Source: Myxococcota bacterium (GTDB lineage: Bacteria > Myxococcota_A > Bradymonadia > UBA7976 > UBA1532). Taken from it: DNA of 29,852 nucleotides. Under the pieces are notes generated by a model. That model was given only the letters and a program-made list of their open reading frames with translations. It had not been told where the DNA came from and searched no databases. A program made the translations under genes and the position numbers. Positions 8,026 through 17,700 of the stretch are shown in pieces. Position 1 is the first letter of the stretch, and each line of letters starts with the position of its first letter. The stretch covers positions 1 through 29,852 of the forward strand of contig JAYZEG010000057.1 in assembly GCA_036337435.1 (NCBI GenBank). Reading direction: 5' to 3'.

Positions 8026-10935
8026 TTAACCGAGAGCTGCAATAAAACTGTAGCAGTTTCCAACCTGAGCATCTGAGCATGCCCTCGCCAAATCCTGAGG
8101 CAATGTGACCTTACTTTGACTGAAGGCCGCGACCTCAATTAGTTTTGTCAAAATGCTCCTATCTGAGTCACCGGTTTCCGTACGGATCAACAAACCGCCC
8201 TGTAATTTGGGTCCAAACACGCGTATCGCATTGGTCAATTGTAGACCCTGAAGGGGCCCCATAATGACCAACAAGGCGGTCGATGTTTCATCGAGCGCGT
8301 TTGCAAGCAGGTCAAATCCCATGGGGACCGACATCTCGTCGATAAGCATTGAAGACGGCCCAATCGCCTCGCCAAATAGGCAGACCACGTTTAGACCGGC
8401 TAAGGACGCCTTGAGCCCGCTGTCAGCGATATCTCCACCCGTGCACACAGAAATCGCAGCAATCCCCTCCGTCTGTTCCAAGGTCATTAACTTGAGGTCG
8501 CGCCCCGAAACCGCATCACCGATCAGCCCCATCCGAATGTCATTTTTCCTTGTCTCAGCACGCCCCTTTTGTCGCGAAATATTTTTCAGGCATGGGATAA
8601 AACGTCCACTAGATGCACCGTGTCGTCTCTGTTGAACAATAAACGGCAAGAGTTCAACCTGTCCTAAGATGAGTAGGCCATCAGCAGATGAACTCAGCCG
8701 TCGAGGTAAACCGTAAAGAAGTCGCTCCCACAGCCCCTGTTGTTCAAGGGGCTGAGCACCTTTGAAAACAGCGGTGCCCTCTTCTAGGCCTACATCCACA
8801 TGAAACACTGAAGGCTCCTCAGACTGCTCGTCTTTATAGAAAACAAAACCACAACTCTGAAAAAGCGTCATTTCAATCGCATCTGGCCGATGAGCTAAAC
8901 GGTCCCTCTTCGTGTGCACCTGCCCCTTCTGAGTGGCCCCATGACCAATGTCAGGCATAGACCAATCAACAAAACCTTCACGGGTCTGCGACAGCCAAGT
9001 GGACTCGAATTCATCCCATAGCCATTGCTCGAGAGTGACTCGTGGTCTCCCCACGCGCGCTTTGCCTAAATCCGAAAATCCTGCATTACGCCACACCGTA
9101 CACATTCGTCGCGCCAGTGTGAGTTTCCCTTCGTCGACCAAACGGCGCACATGTGACTCGTAAAGCTGCTCCAAGCTCTGCTGAATAAAGACCGTCCGAA
9201 AGTCGCTCGAACGCTGCAAGTCATCCAACTCAATCCCCTCAATCACGCGCCTGAGCATGACCTCCTGTGTCGGGGTGGACCGTTTTTCTTCAATTCGGCA
9301 ATGACTTTCAGCGAGTGCTAATTCTAGATGCCTGCGTAAACGGCCCAAAGCCATCCGCCTGACTTCACGACCCGCATCTTCGAGTAATGAGACCGCTTGT
9401 TCACGTCCATGCGGCGTATCCTGGAGAGTCTCTGCCCATTGAATCATACAAATGACAACCGATGCCGAATCATCGATACTACGAGCAGCCTCCAAGGCTC
9501 TAAGCGGAGCGCCAACATCTCCATACCTCGCCCCTGACAGCTCAATTTCTAGTTGCAATTCGGCGAGCAAATCGCCTCGAAAAGCACCGGCCGCCACGTC
9601 GATTACCAAACGAGCCCAATCGATAAACTGGATTGCAGTTTGTTGTCCGCCGGTCCGCGCAGCCCCGGTGAGTGCTTTGATTATGCCAGTCAATAATTGG
9701 TCGTTACTGCCCAACTCGTGCACTAAGTTGGCTAACTCCAAGACAGTTCGACCGGTCGTGAATCCTGGTGCCATTACCCTCAGGGCGTCTGCATAGAGCT
9801 GGTAAGCCGATGCATTGTCACGACCGAGCTCGCAGACCTGAGCAGACTCGAGCAAATAGCGAGAATCTGTCATAGACCGAGGAAGACCACCTCGAGCAGG
9901 ACCAAAAATAGTTAAGCCCAGTGCGTTCATCGCCTCATCTAGCCTACCCAAACGTCGCCAGGCCTGAGACGTCAGGACAGATGCACTGTTTCGGACTTCA
10001 CCATCGGTGGTCGCCGATGAATAGGTCGGCATATTGCCATCTGAGTAGGCAAATAATCGGCCGGTCGCTTGAATTATCGCTGTGGAGAACATCCGCACCA
10101 ACTCACCGCATTCATCGAAGGGCACCAACGCATCCGCTAGACGTCGATATAGCTGCGCTTGCTGCAAATAACGCTTTTCTGGTGGCGGATTCGGTGCGAA
10201 TGCCATCTTTTTCGGAAAATCAATTTCTTCAAGTTTCGCCAACCCGACCGAGAGCTGGAATGCCACACCAAGGTCATTCTGCTGAACAGCCCATTGAGCA
10301 TCGATTAAATTACGATACGCCTTGAGCCAATCACCTTCACGTTGAGCATCAACGTACTTACTTAACCGAATGAGAAACTTATCCTCTAGGTCGGCCCCTT
10401 GCCCAGCAAGGCGTCCGAGGGCTTTTAGCCAAGGAGGCGCACCTGGCAATAATGCTGTCGCCTTCCCCAATGCGAGGAGCTTAATTGATGCAGCTAAAGG
10501 AGCTAAACCAGCGTAGTCGCTAGGCGTAGGAAAATATTCAGGCGGCTCTTCTTGGGTAACATCGTTTAGCGTATCACCTGTGATTGAAACGGCCAGAGCA
10601 ACGAGGGCTCCAGTCGCCTCAAAATCGACACCCGGTACAGGCTCTCCAAACAAACAGCAAATCCGTCGGGCGATGTCTGGAGCCGACGGGGAGTCGACGT
10701 TAGCTTCCAGCGCAGAATACAAATCGTTCATTCGCTCCAGAATGCGACGTCGATGCCCTTGTTCGAGAGCAAGTAAGAGCCGATTATACAGAATGGTCAT
10801 TTGCCCGTCGAAGTGCCCATAATGGGTATACTTTGCTTGCAGTTCCTCGTAGAGCTGTTCTGCCTCGGCATGGTGACCGCCAATCAGCGCTTCCATCGCC
10901 AGTGCTTTTTTTGCATCGATACTGTGTAGTTCCAC
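8026..10935 (-). CDS. TPR-like helical protein with C-terminal degenerate CHAT (caspase-like) domain
   Basis: 969-aa ORF with Ala/Leu-rich helical repeats. The last ~290 aa follow the order of CHAT motifs but lack the catalytic His and Cys (see findings). Confidence 0.6.
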   Translation of the reverse strand: MELHSIDAKKALAMEALIGGHHAEAEQLYEELQAKYTHYGHFDGQMTILYNRLLLALEQGHRRRILERMNDLYSALEANVDSPSAPDIARRICCLFGEPVPGVDFEATGALVALAVSITGDTLNDVTQEEPPEYFPTPSDYAGLAPLAASIKLLALGKATALLPGAPPWLKALGRLAGQGADLEDKFLIRLSKYVDAQREGDWLKAYRNLIDAQWAVQQNDLGVAFQLSVGLAKLEEIDFPKKMAFAPNPPPEKRYLQQAQLYRRLADALVPFDECGELVRMFSTAIIQATGRLFAYSDGNMPTYSSATTDGEVRNSASVLTSQAWRRLGRLDEAMNALGLTIFGPARGGLPRSMTDSRYLLESAQVCELGRDNASAYQLYADALRVMAPGFTTGRTVLELANLVHELGSNDQLLTGIIKALTGAARTGGQQTAIQFIDWARLVIDVAAGAFRGDLLAELQLEIELSGARYGDVGAPLRALEAARSIDDSASVVICMIQWAETLQDTPHGREQAVSLLEDAGREVRRMALGRLRRHLELALAESHCRIEEKRSTPTQEVMLRRVIEGIELDDLQRSSDFRTVFIQQSLEQLYESHVRRLVDEGKLTLARRMCTVWRNAGFSDLGKARVGRPRVTLEQWLWDEFESTWLSQTREGFVDWSMPDIGHGATQKGQVHTKRDRLAHRPDAIEMTLFQSCGFVFYKDEQSEEPSVFHVDVGLEEGTAVFKGAQPLEQQGLWERLLYGLPRRLSSSADGLLILGQVELLPFIVQQRRHGASSGRFIPCLKNISRQKGRAETRKNDIRMGLIGDAVSGRDLKLMTLEQTEGIAAISVCTGGDIADSGLKASLAGLNVVCLFGEAIGPSSMLIDEMSVPMGFDLLANALDETSTALLVIMGPLQGLQLTNAIRVFGPKLQGGLLIRTETGDSDRSILTKLIEVAAFSQSKVTLPQDLARACSDAQVGNCYSFIAALG

Positions 10936-10955
10936 TGAATTACGCCCCGATCACC

Positions 10956-11681
10956 CTATCGGCCCAAATCGAGTTGCTGTCTGAGCTGTCCAGCAAGTTC
11001 AAACTCGCCAACGTGTTCGCATAAACGGACCAGTTCAGCCTTCATGTCATCGCAAGTCGGCCGCAAGTGTACAGCTTTTTTGTAGCAGGTAAACGCGTGT
11101 TCCAAATGACCAGTCTGCGCGAAAACAAAACCGAGTGCCCCGTAGGCTAGCCCGTGCTGCCCATCCAACTCGATGACATGTTCGAAGGCCCGTCGTGCGA
11201 GTCCAAAATCCTCGACTGTCACCGCACTCTGACCGAGGGCGAACCACGCGGCTGAATCACGTGGGCAAAATGAGAGGTACTCTTTCCATGATACAATTGA
11301 TTCTGCCGGTTGGTCATAGGCAAGCGATTCGGCGACCAATCGGATGCACGTGGTATGCTCACGTAAACTCGGCACCAATGCAGGACGAACCCCGCGCTCT
11401 TGAAAGGTGAATTGCCGACGCGGCGCAGAACGCTCACGAATGACATCCTGTAATTGCTGACCTGATGCGACAGGTGTTACATCGACAGCGGTATCGCTTT
11501 CAGACGCATCGACTGCCGGCTCTGCTCTCTCCTCTTGAATCGAATCAGCTCGGATGCTTGAGAAGCTAAACGCACTTAAACTTGGCGAATGAGTTGCATC
11601 GGGCGGCTCTATCTCGCCGTGAGTGCTGCCCGCCGCAGTCTGCACAGACTGAGCCTTCCGTCTTTTAAATGGCCAAATCAA
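10956..11681 (-). CDS. Tetratricopeptide repeat protein
   Basis: TTG start with GGAG upstream. C-terminal TPRs (AWFALGQSA...ARRAFEHVIELD; AYGALGFVFAQTGHLEHAFTCYKKAVHLRP) follow a disordered N-terminal half. Confidence 0.82.
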   Translation of the reverse strand: MIWPFKRRKAQSVQTAAGSTHGEIEPPDATHSPSLSAFSFSSIRADSIQEERAEPAVDASESDTAVDVTPVASGQQLQDVIRERSAPRRQFTFQERGVRPALVPSLREHTTCIRLVAESLAYDQPAESIVSWKEYLSFCPRDSAAWFALGQSAVTVEDFGLARRAFEHVIELDGQHGLAYGALGFVFAQTGHLEHAFTCYKKAVHLRPTCDDMKAELVRLCEHVGEFELAGQLRQQLDLGR

Positions 11682-11733
11682 GAAGTGGACTCCGCTCGGT
11701 CGGATACTACATCTAACTACATACAGACCCTGC

Positions 11734-11754
11734 TTGACAAGACCAGATTGTCAA
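11734..11754. promoter_or_regulatory. Inverted repeat TTGACAA-N7-TTGTCAA, candidate operator
   Basis: Perfect 7-bp arms in the intergenic region between the divergent TPR and methyltransferase genes. Confidence 0.4.
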
Positions 11755-11883
11755 ACTTCCATCGTTCCTCGCAACAGGCAGACTGTACATCGAAAATGGT
11801 TGGCCCTAGAACAGTTTTCCAGTACATCTGAATAACCATTAAGTACCTGGATTTGGGTGCGTAATCGAATCGAAAGAAGAATT

Positions 11884-12891
11884 GTGACAGACCAAAAGCT
11901 TAATCCAAGTCGACTCATTGAGCTGGCCACTGCGTATTGGGGCAGTGCAACCCTCATTGCGGCATCAAACCTCAACATTTTTACGACTCTTGCAGACGGG
12001 CCAATGACGGCAAAGCAAATGGCAGACAGTCTTGAGCTCGATCTCCATGCATCGGATGCACTACTTACGGGGTGCGTCGGCTTGGACCTCTTATCCAAAG
12101 ACGGCGAGAATTATGTGAACACGCCGATGGCTGAAGCCTTCTTGGTCACGGGTCGTCCCGGATATCTCGGGCCAGCCTTGGCGTATAATGGAGATGTTTT
12201 TAAGCTGTGGGGTTCGCTTGCTGACGTCGTGAAGCAAGGCACTGCGAGTCAAGCTCCAGAGCAATACCTAGGCAACGATGCGTCGCGGACACGAAATTTT
12301 GTTTATGGCATGCATCATAGAGCCTTAGGAATTGGCCAGGCCGTTGCCTCAGCAATCGACCTAAGCGGATGTCGACATTTAGCAGATGTTGGTGGCGGGC
12401 CCGGCACCTATTCCGGACTTCTCACCGCGAAACACCCAGATCTTAAGGCAACCGTCTTAGATTTGCCTGCCGTTGTGGACATTGCTGGCGAGATCGTTGC
12501 GTCCATGGGGGCAAGTTCCAGCGTGAGCTGTCAGGCGTTCGATTATTATACCGACCCAATGATGACCAATTACGATGCTGCTCTTATCTCCGGCGTACTG
12601 CACCGTGAGCAATCCGATGGGGCTGAAGCACTCATTACGAAGGTTGCAGAGAACTTGGATGATGGCGGAACTCTCTACATTTCTGATGTCATGCTCGATG
12701 ATACCCGGACGGGTCCATTATTCGGCACGATGTTCGCGCTGAACATGCGGGTCTTAGCCCATAACGGGCGCTGTCACTCCGTTGCCGAGCAGACAGAGTG
12801 GCTCGCCAATGCAGGTTGCACGGTGACTCAGGTTACTCAATTACCGGCCCCGATTCACTATACGGTCATTAGAGCAGAGAAAAAGAAATGA
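11884..12891 (+). CDS. SAM-dependent O-methyltransferase (Methyltransf_2 with dimerisation domain, ASMT/BchU-like)
   Basis: N-terminal dimerisation/winged-helix region (LIAASNLNIFTTL..GPMTA..MA..L), LADVGGGPGTYS motif I, VLDLP and LHRE. The start may be 11857. Confidence 0.88.
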   Translation: MTDQKLNPSRLIELATAYWGSATLIAASNLNIFTTLADGPMTAKQMADSLELDLHASDALLTGCVGLDLLSKDGENYVNTPMAEAFLVTGRPGYLGPALAYNGDVFKLWGSLADVVKQGTASQAPEQYLGNDASRTRNFVYGMHHRALGIGQAVASAIDLSGCRHLADVGGGPGTYSGLLTAKHPDLKATVLDLPAVVDIAGEIVASMGASSSVSCQAFDYYTDPMMTNYDAALISGVLHREQSDGAEALITKVAENLDDGGTLYISDVMLDDTRTGPLFGTMFALNMRVLAHNGRCHSVAEQTEWLANAGCTVTQVTQLPAPIHYTVIRAEKKK

Positions 12892-13841
12892 TACGGTACT
12901 CATGGCCCTTAATTGCTCTCGTATCGGCACTGGCCTGCTCGCCCGAGAAGGCCAAGGTGATAGAATCGAAGACGCCGACGAAACCGTCTGTTCAGACAAC
13001 TGAGGACATCAAAAAAGCGAAGACGCAAGTCGCTGTCCCAAAAACGGTCAAAAAACGCTTAAAGCTGCCGCCCCTGGACCCGCCGCCGCGTCTGCCGTCG
13101 CGATACAATGCCCCCGTCGGCCTCAAAGTCGGCCCAAAGGATGCACCGCCCATTGGTCAAAAGGCTCGTGTTGAATCAACCGGCCCAAAAACAAACCAAG
13201 AGTTTGAAGAGATTGCAAAGAGCACTGTTGAGGGGAAGGAATCGCAAACTGAGGGTGCCCCACCGATCCAACGATTAGAAAATGGTCGTGTCGCAGTGGG
13301 TCGCATCATCGTCGACCGCAAAAAAAAACAGGTTGAAGTCCCAGGTCAGGTCGCGATGACACAAGGGATTCTTGAATACTTTGCTGTCGGCCCCTTGGGC
13401 AAAGCCTATGAGTCTGTTTTGACCAATCAGGGTCTACCGAGTCAGGTGCACTTAGGCATGCTCCTCATCGGTTTGACGCCGAGAAAAAGAGGTGGTTCTC
13501 CCGTTGAACTCTGGGTTGAGTGGGAAGAACAGCGCGGTAAGCGAAAGGTGAAGAAACGAGTACGTGCTGAAGACTTGATGCTCCATCGCAACCTTAAAAA
13601 GAGTCCGCCCCCTCGGATTTGGAGATTCTACGGAAGCTCTTTTTGGAACGGTCGTTATTCTGGTGATTCAAGTCACACGTTGATCAGCCTCATTCAAGAC
13701 CCAAATGCTGTGATCGTACTCGAGGACGACGCCGGTAATCCATATCGTGGTGACCATCTCGGCTACGAGGTTTTCAAGGCCAACATCGCAGCTCGTCAAA
13801 CGCCCGTGACAATCATCATTAAACCCGCAGAAACGAAGTGA
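12888..13841 (+). CDS. YdjY-like domain lipoprotein
   Basis: Lipobox ALA-C, Pro/Lys-rich linker, then LEYFAV...KAYESVL...PSQVHLGMLLIGL...G.PVELWVEW...RAEDLM...W.FYGS.F, which matches my recollection of the YdjY family. ATGA overlap with the methyltransferase stop. Confidence 0.65.
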   Translation: MIRYSWPLIALVSALACSPEKAKVIESKTPTKPSVQTTEDIKKAKTQVAVPKTVKKRLKLPPLDPPPRLPSRYNAPVGLKVGPKDAPPIGQKARVESTGPKTNQEFEEIAKSTVEGKESQTEGAPPIQRLENGRVAVGRIIVDRKKKQVEVPGQVAMTQGILEYFAVGPLGKAYESVLTNQGLPSQVHLGMLLIGLTPRKRGGSPVELWVEWEEQRGKRKVKKRVRAEDLMLHRNLKKSPPPRIWRFYGSSFWNGRYSGDSSHTLISLIQDPNAVIVLEDDAGNPYRGDHLGYEVFKANIAARQTPVTIIIKPAETK

Positions 13842-14750
13842 CTAGGTCGCATAAAACCAGCGGCCAACCCATTTGCCAGGAAAAATAAGGCAAAACACGA
13901 GTAGACCGAGCAACGGTGATCCGACGGTGAACAGCACGGCTGCATTGAGCACGGCAATCCCCATAATACCACGCATCACGCAGTCACGCACATCCCGAGC
14001 CTCCATCTGACGTCCAAGATATCGGAGATTTGGAGCCAACCAGAGCCCCCCGAGTAGACCGAGGTGCAACCAGGCCAGTTCGGGTGTTTGTTGAATGATG
14101 TTCACGGCAGCAAACTCCGGACCAAAGCCAACCAAACACTGCAATCCGATCAGAACTTTTACGATCCCTGTGATCGGTCCGTGTGATTCATGGCGCGCGA
14201 TCCAGGTCAGGAGTAAAACGTGTGCGAAAACGAGGCACGGATAGACAATAATTACTGAGAGCGTGTCGAGAGCATTATCGAATGTCAGTGTGAGGGTGAA
14301 GCCGATAAGAAAATTACCAAACCGACATCCCGCCATCAGGATTGGCCCGAAGAGCGTTTGTTTAATGGGGGAGTTGTACAGATAAGTGAGAAGAATGGTC
14401 CCAAAAACGACAAAAGCAGACAGTTGGCCGACACTCGCAGCGACCGCGACCGCCAATGATTGGCAAACCAGAACAAAAAACCAAGCGTGTCCCTTTGATA
14501 TTCGCCCAGACGGTAAAGGTCGATCGGGTCGAAACTCTGTATCAGCTCGGATGTCAAAGAGGTCATTGACAGCCATGCCCGAACTGTAGACGAGCAGACT
14601 TGAGACGACCATCAATGTACACTCGGCCACACTGGCAATGCCATTGTTCATCAAACCCACTAATCCAATCCCCATCAAGACATCAGCGGGTGCAGTGAAA
14701 ACGGCAGGAAGTCTGATGAGTTCAAGAAAAGCCCGCAAGCGCATGTTCAT
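13842..14750 (-). CDS. UbiA-family prenyltransferase, EboC-like
   Basis: ELIRLPAVFTAPADV, GMAVNDLFDIRAD...RPDRPLPSGRI, YN..IK, M..CR..N and T.IARHE motifs, plus multiple TM segments. Start is 14750 or 14756/14744. Confidence 0.88.
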   Translation of the reverse strand: MNMRLRAFLELIRLPAVFTAPADVLMGIGLVGLMNNGIASVAECTLMVVSSLLVYSSGMAVNDLFDIRADTEFRPDRPLPSGRISKGHAWFFVLVCQSLAVAVAASVGQLSAFVVFGTILLTYLYNSPIKQTLFGPILMAGCRFGNFLIGFTLTLTFDNALDTLSVIIVYPCLVFAHVLLLTWIARHESHGPITGIVKVLIGLQCLVGFGPEFAAVNIIQQTPELAWLHLGLLGGLWLAPNLRYLGRQMEARDVRDCVMRGIMGIAVLNAAVLFTVGSPLLGLLVFCLIFPGKWVGRWFYAT

Positions 14751-14752
14751 AG

Positions 14753-17700
14753 TCAACTCGCTCCACCATTCATAATCTGGTTGTTAAGACTCAGCCCTCG
14801 CGCAGCTGCCCTGATCAATCCTGCGAGCAATGTCTGAAACTGACTACGCCAAACTGCAGAACGCGTGTTTGACCAGGTCTCTAAAAGTTTGATCGCTGAA
14901 ACCAAATCTGTCTCATTGTTTATGCAAGTAAGCCAAATGCGTAAGCGAAGTTGTTCAAGATAATCATCCAGATCTCGAAAGTGAACAGTCAAAATCGAAA
15001 GCGCATTGAGCATTTTAGCCGTAGGCCGAGCCTGCTCGAACCGTTTCTGTAAAAGTCTATGTAACCCCGACCCTTGTCCGGCACGGGTGCCAGCCGATGG
15101 GTTTATTCCTAAACTGTCATTAAAACTCCCAACCACCTCAATCAGTCCGTCATTGGTCCAACGACTTAAGAAAATGGCCTGGTTATTCCAATATGTGTCA
15201 GCCAGATTGAACAGGAAGCCCTGCAAACCCGAATCAAGATCATAAAGCTCTCTACTCACACAGAGGGCATCCGTCTGTTGGAAAAAACACCACTGAGGCA
15301 CAGTTCCAACCTGGATTGAACCAAAACCATATTCGTGTTCGTTCGGCGACGAAAATGGGGTCATGTTCGGACATTTGGTGTAGACAGACGGTAGTTCCGA
15401 GCAAAGCGTATTTAATGCGACTACGAGCTCTAGATTACCGAGCCCAACAGGCTTAGCATCCTTGCTTTGAATGGTGGCATGGGCAGCACCTAACGGCTTT
15501 AGGTGCGGAAGTCCTTTCGAGCCATATTCAGAGCACAAGACCTGGGCAATCAGAGCCATTTGGCGGCTTCGAGGGTCGTCACGACTATGACATGCGCGAG
15601 CAAGACTCAAGACCGCATCCTGATTTAATGGGTTCTTAAGGAGTGCATTGGTTGCATCTCTGAGTAAATCGATTGCCGGCCCAGCGGCGTCGAGACGTCC
15701 GGTTGTGAGCAGTTTCTCCGACAGCCGACGTTTATCGCCCGGCTCCGTGGTGAGATTTAATGCGGCTTCAAGCAGGACTGCTTGTTCGTCTTTAGCGTTC
15801 TGTTTTCCAAGCGCATCAGCAAGAGATTCGTTGACGTCTGGGGAACTGGACAAGTCTGCCGCTGCCCGTCGCAGCCTCCCCGTCGCCATCTCGTGACGAT
15901 TGTCCTCGTTGTCTAACTCAGCAAGTCGAATTTGAAAACGTACTCTTTGCTCTTCATCTACCGTCAGCGATAGAGCTCTAGCGAGGGCCAATCGTTCTTG
16001 ATGTTTGTGTCCTGCGCGCCGCTCAACGCCGGCAAGGCAATTAAGAATGTCCAGGTCGCCGCCATGAGCATCAAGCTCCGTTTCCAGCCAGCGCCGCGCC
16101 TGATCATACTCGTTCAATTGGCTAGAATAGATCGCTGCGAGCCGGAAAACGATTGCTCGTCTCAATGCTAAATCAGACGTAAGCGTATGAGCACGGGTAT
16201 AGCTGTCGACCGCTTCGGTCCAACGAGCCTCATCAACATAATAGTCCGCAAGAGCTTGCCATAAATTTGGTTGGGCTCGCTCTTCTGCAAAACGCGCGAG
16301 AGTATCTATTCCATCGGCTGTGCGAGACAACCTGCTGCTCAAAGTGTTAACCAGCTTGAGGACGCGTTCAACGGTACACAGGCTGTCGATGCCGACCGCG
16401 ATTTCAAGCGCTTTTGCGAGTGTGTCCCAATCAGCCAAGCGTTCAGCCTGACTCTGAAGACGCTCCAACAAAGACTCATCACTCGGTTGATAACGATACG
16501 CGAGCATGAGTGCTTTGAGCGCATCACGGTTCTGCCCAACAGAAAGAAACCGTTCGCTGGCATCGATGGCAACATCTGATACCATCAGATTTGCCCGCAG
16601 TTTGGTTGCTAAATCCAGCATCAAGTGAGCTGAACGCGCAGGTTGGCCCGCTTTGTCAGCCACCGTTCTCAAATGATAGACCGGAAGCCAAGAATCAGGC
16701 ATTGCTTTCATGGCGGCCTCGTAACAATTCGCTGCTTGCTCTTCATGGCCAGCCAATCTGAGGATTCGGCCAGCTTCTGACCAAAGCCATCCTCGTTCAT
16801 CTTCGTTAGACCGCGCGTCTAACAAAGAATCCAAGTGGGTCGACAAGACCTCAACGTCGGCTGTTTCCATGACCCAAGCAAAGACCCAGTGCAAGGCAGC
16901 CCTATTTGTGGGTTCAGCGTCCAAGACCTGTTTGACGGAATCATATCCACTGAACGAATCCCCGGCTCTTTCAAAGGAGCGCGCGATGGCATTCAAACAC
17001 GTGACGCGATCTTTCCTTCGCATCTCGCTATCCGCGAGCCCCAGTAGGCTGGCGCGAGCAGCCTCATCATTAAATGCTCGGAGGGCGCTGCGGTGTTCAT
17101 GGAAAAGGCATAACCGACGACCGGCACTGTCTAACCAACCTTGGCTTGAGAGCTGTTGCGTCGGGTTCCGCTCGTCCCTCACCCGCCCCGCATATTGACT
17201 CATGAGTGCATAGTGGAGACGCTGAGGGGCCGATGGCGCATGGTCGCTTTGCAAATTGTAATACGCCTGGCTTTCCAGACTCATTGGCCTGTTCGCGAGC
17301 AGGGACTCTAAACCCAGCCTTGCAGCGATATTATGAGGATTTCGCTGGAGTGCCTCATGCCAAAGGTCAAACGCTCGTTCAGGTGTTTGCCGGACCGTAT
17401 GGTGGCCTGCGAAGCCCAGGTACTCGCTGGCATGCCGGTCTACGATGCAGGCATTTGCAATCCGCACGGCCCAGTCAGCAGAACGCCTTGACTGACCCGA
17501 ACTCGCACAAAGGCGATAACCAATATGGAGGCTTTGGATATCATTCGGCTTGCAATCCAGCGCAGCACCAATGTGGTTCAAGGCGATCTCGGGCTGTTCC
17601 GGATAGACAGACTCACTCAGCAGACTGGCAAATCGGAGGAATGATGCTCGATAGCTTGGGTCGTCAACCCGTTCAGCGCGTGCCAACATGGCTCGATATA

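Noticed and set aside
8026..11681. Interpreting the TPR-CHAT locus as a CRISPR-linked or gasdermin defence system
   Set aside because: No cas gene, CRISPR array, SAVED, NLR/ATPase or gasdermin-like ORF is visible, the catalytic dyad appears absent, and the context is core genome.
13320..13328. A9 tract in the YdjY-like gene as a slippage or phase-variation site
   Set aside because: The frame is intact (RKKKQ) and Lys codons in a basic protein explain it.
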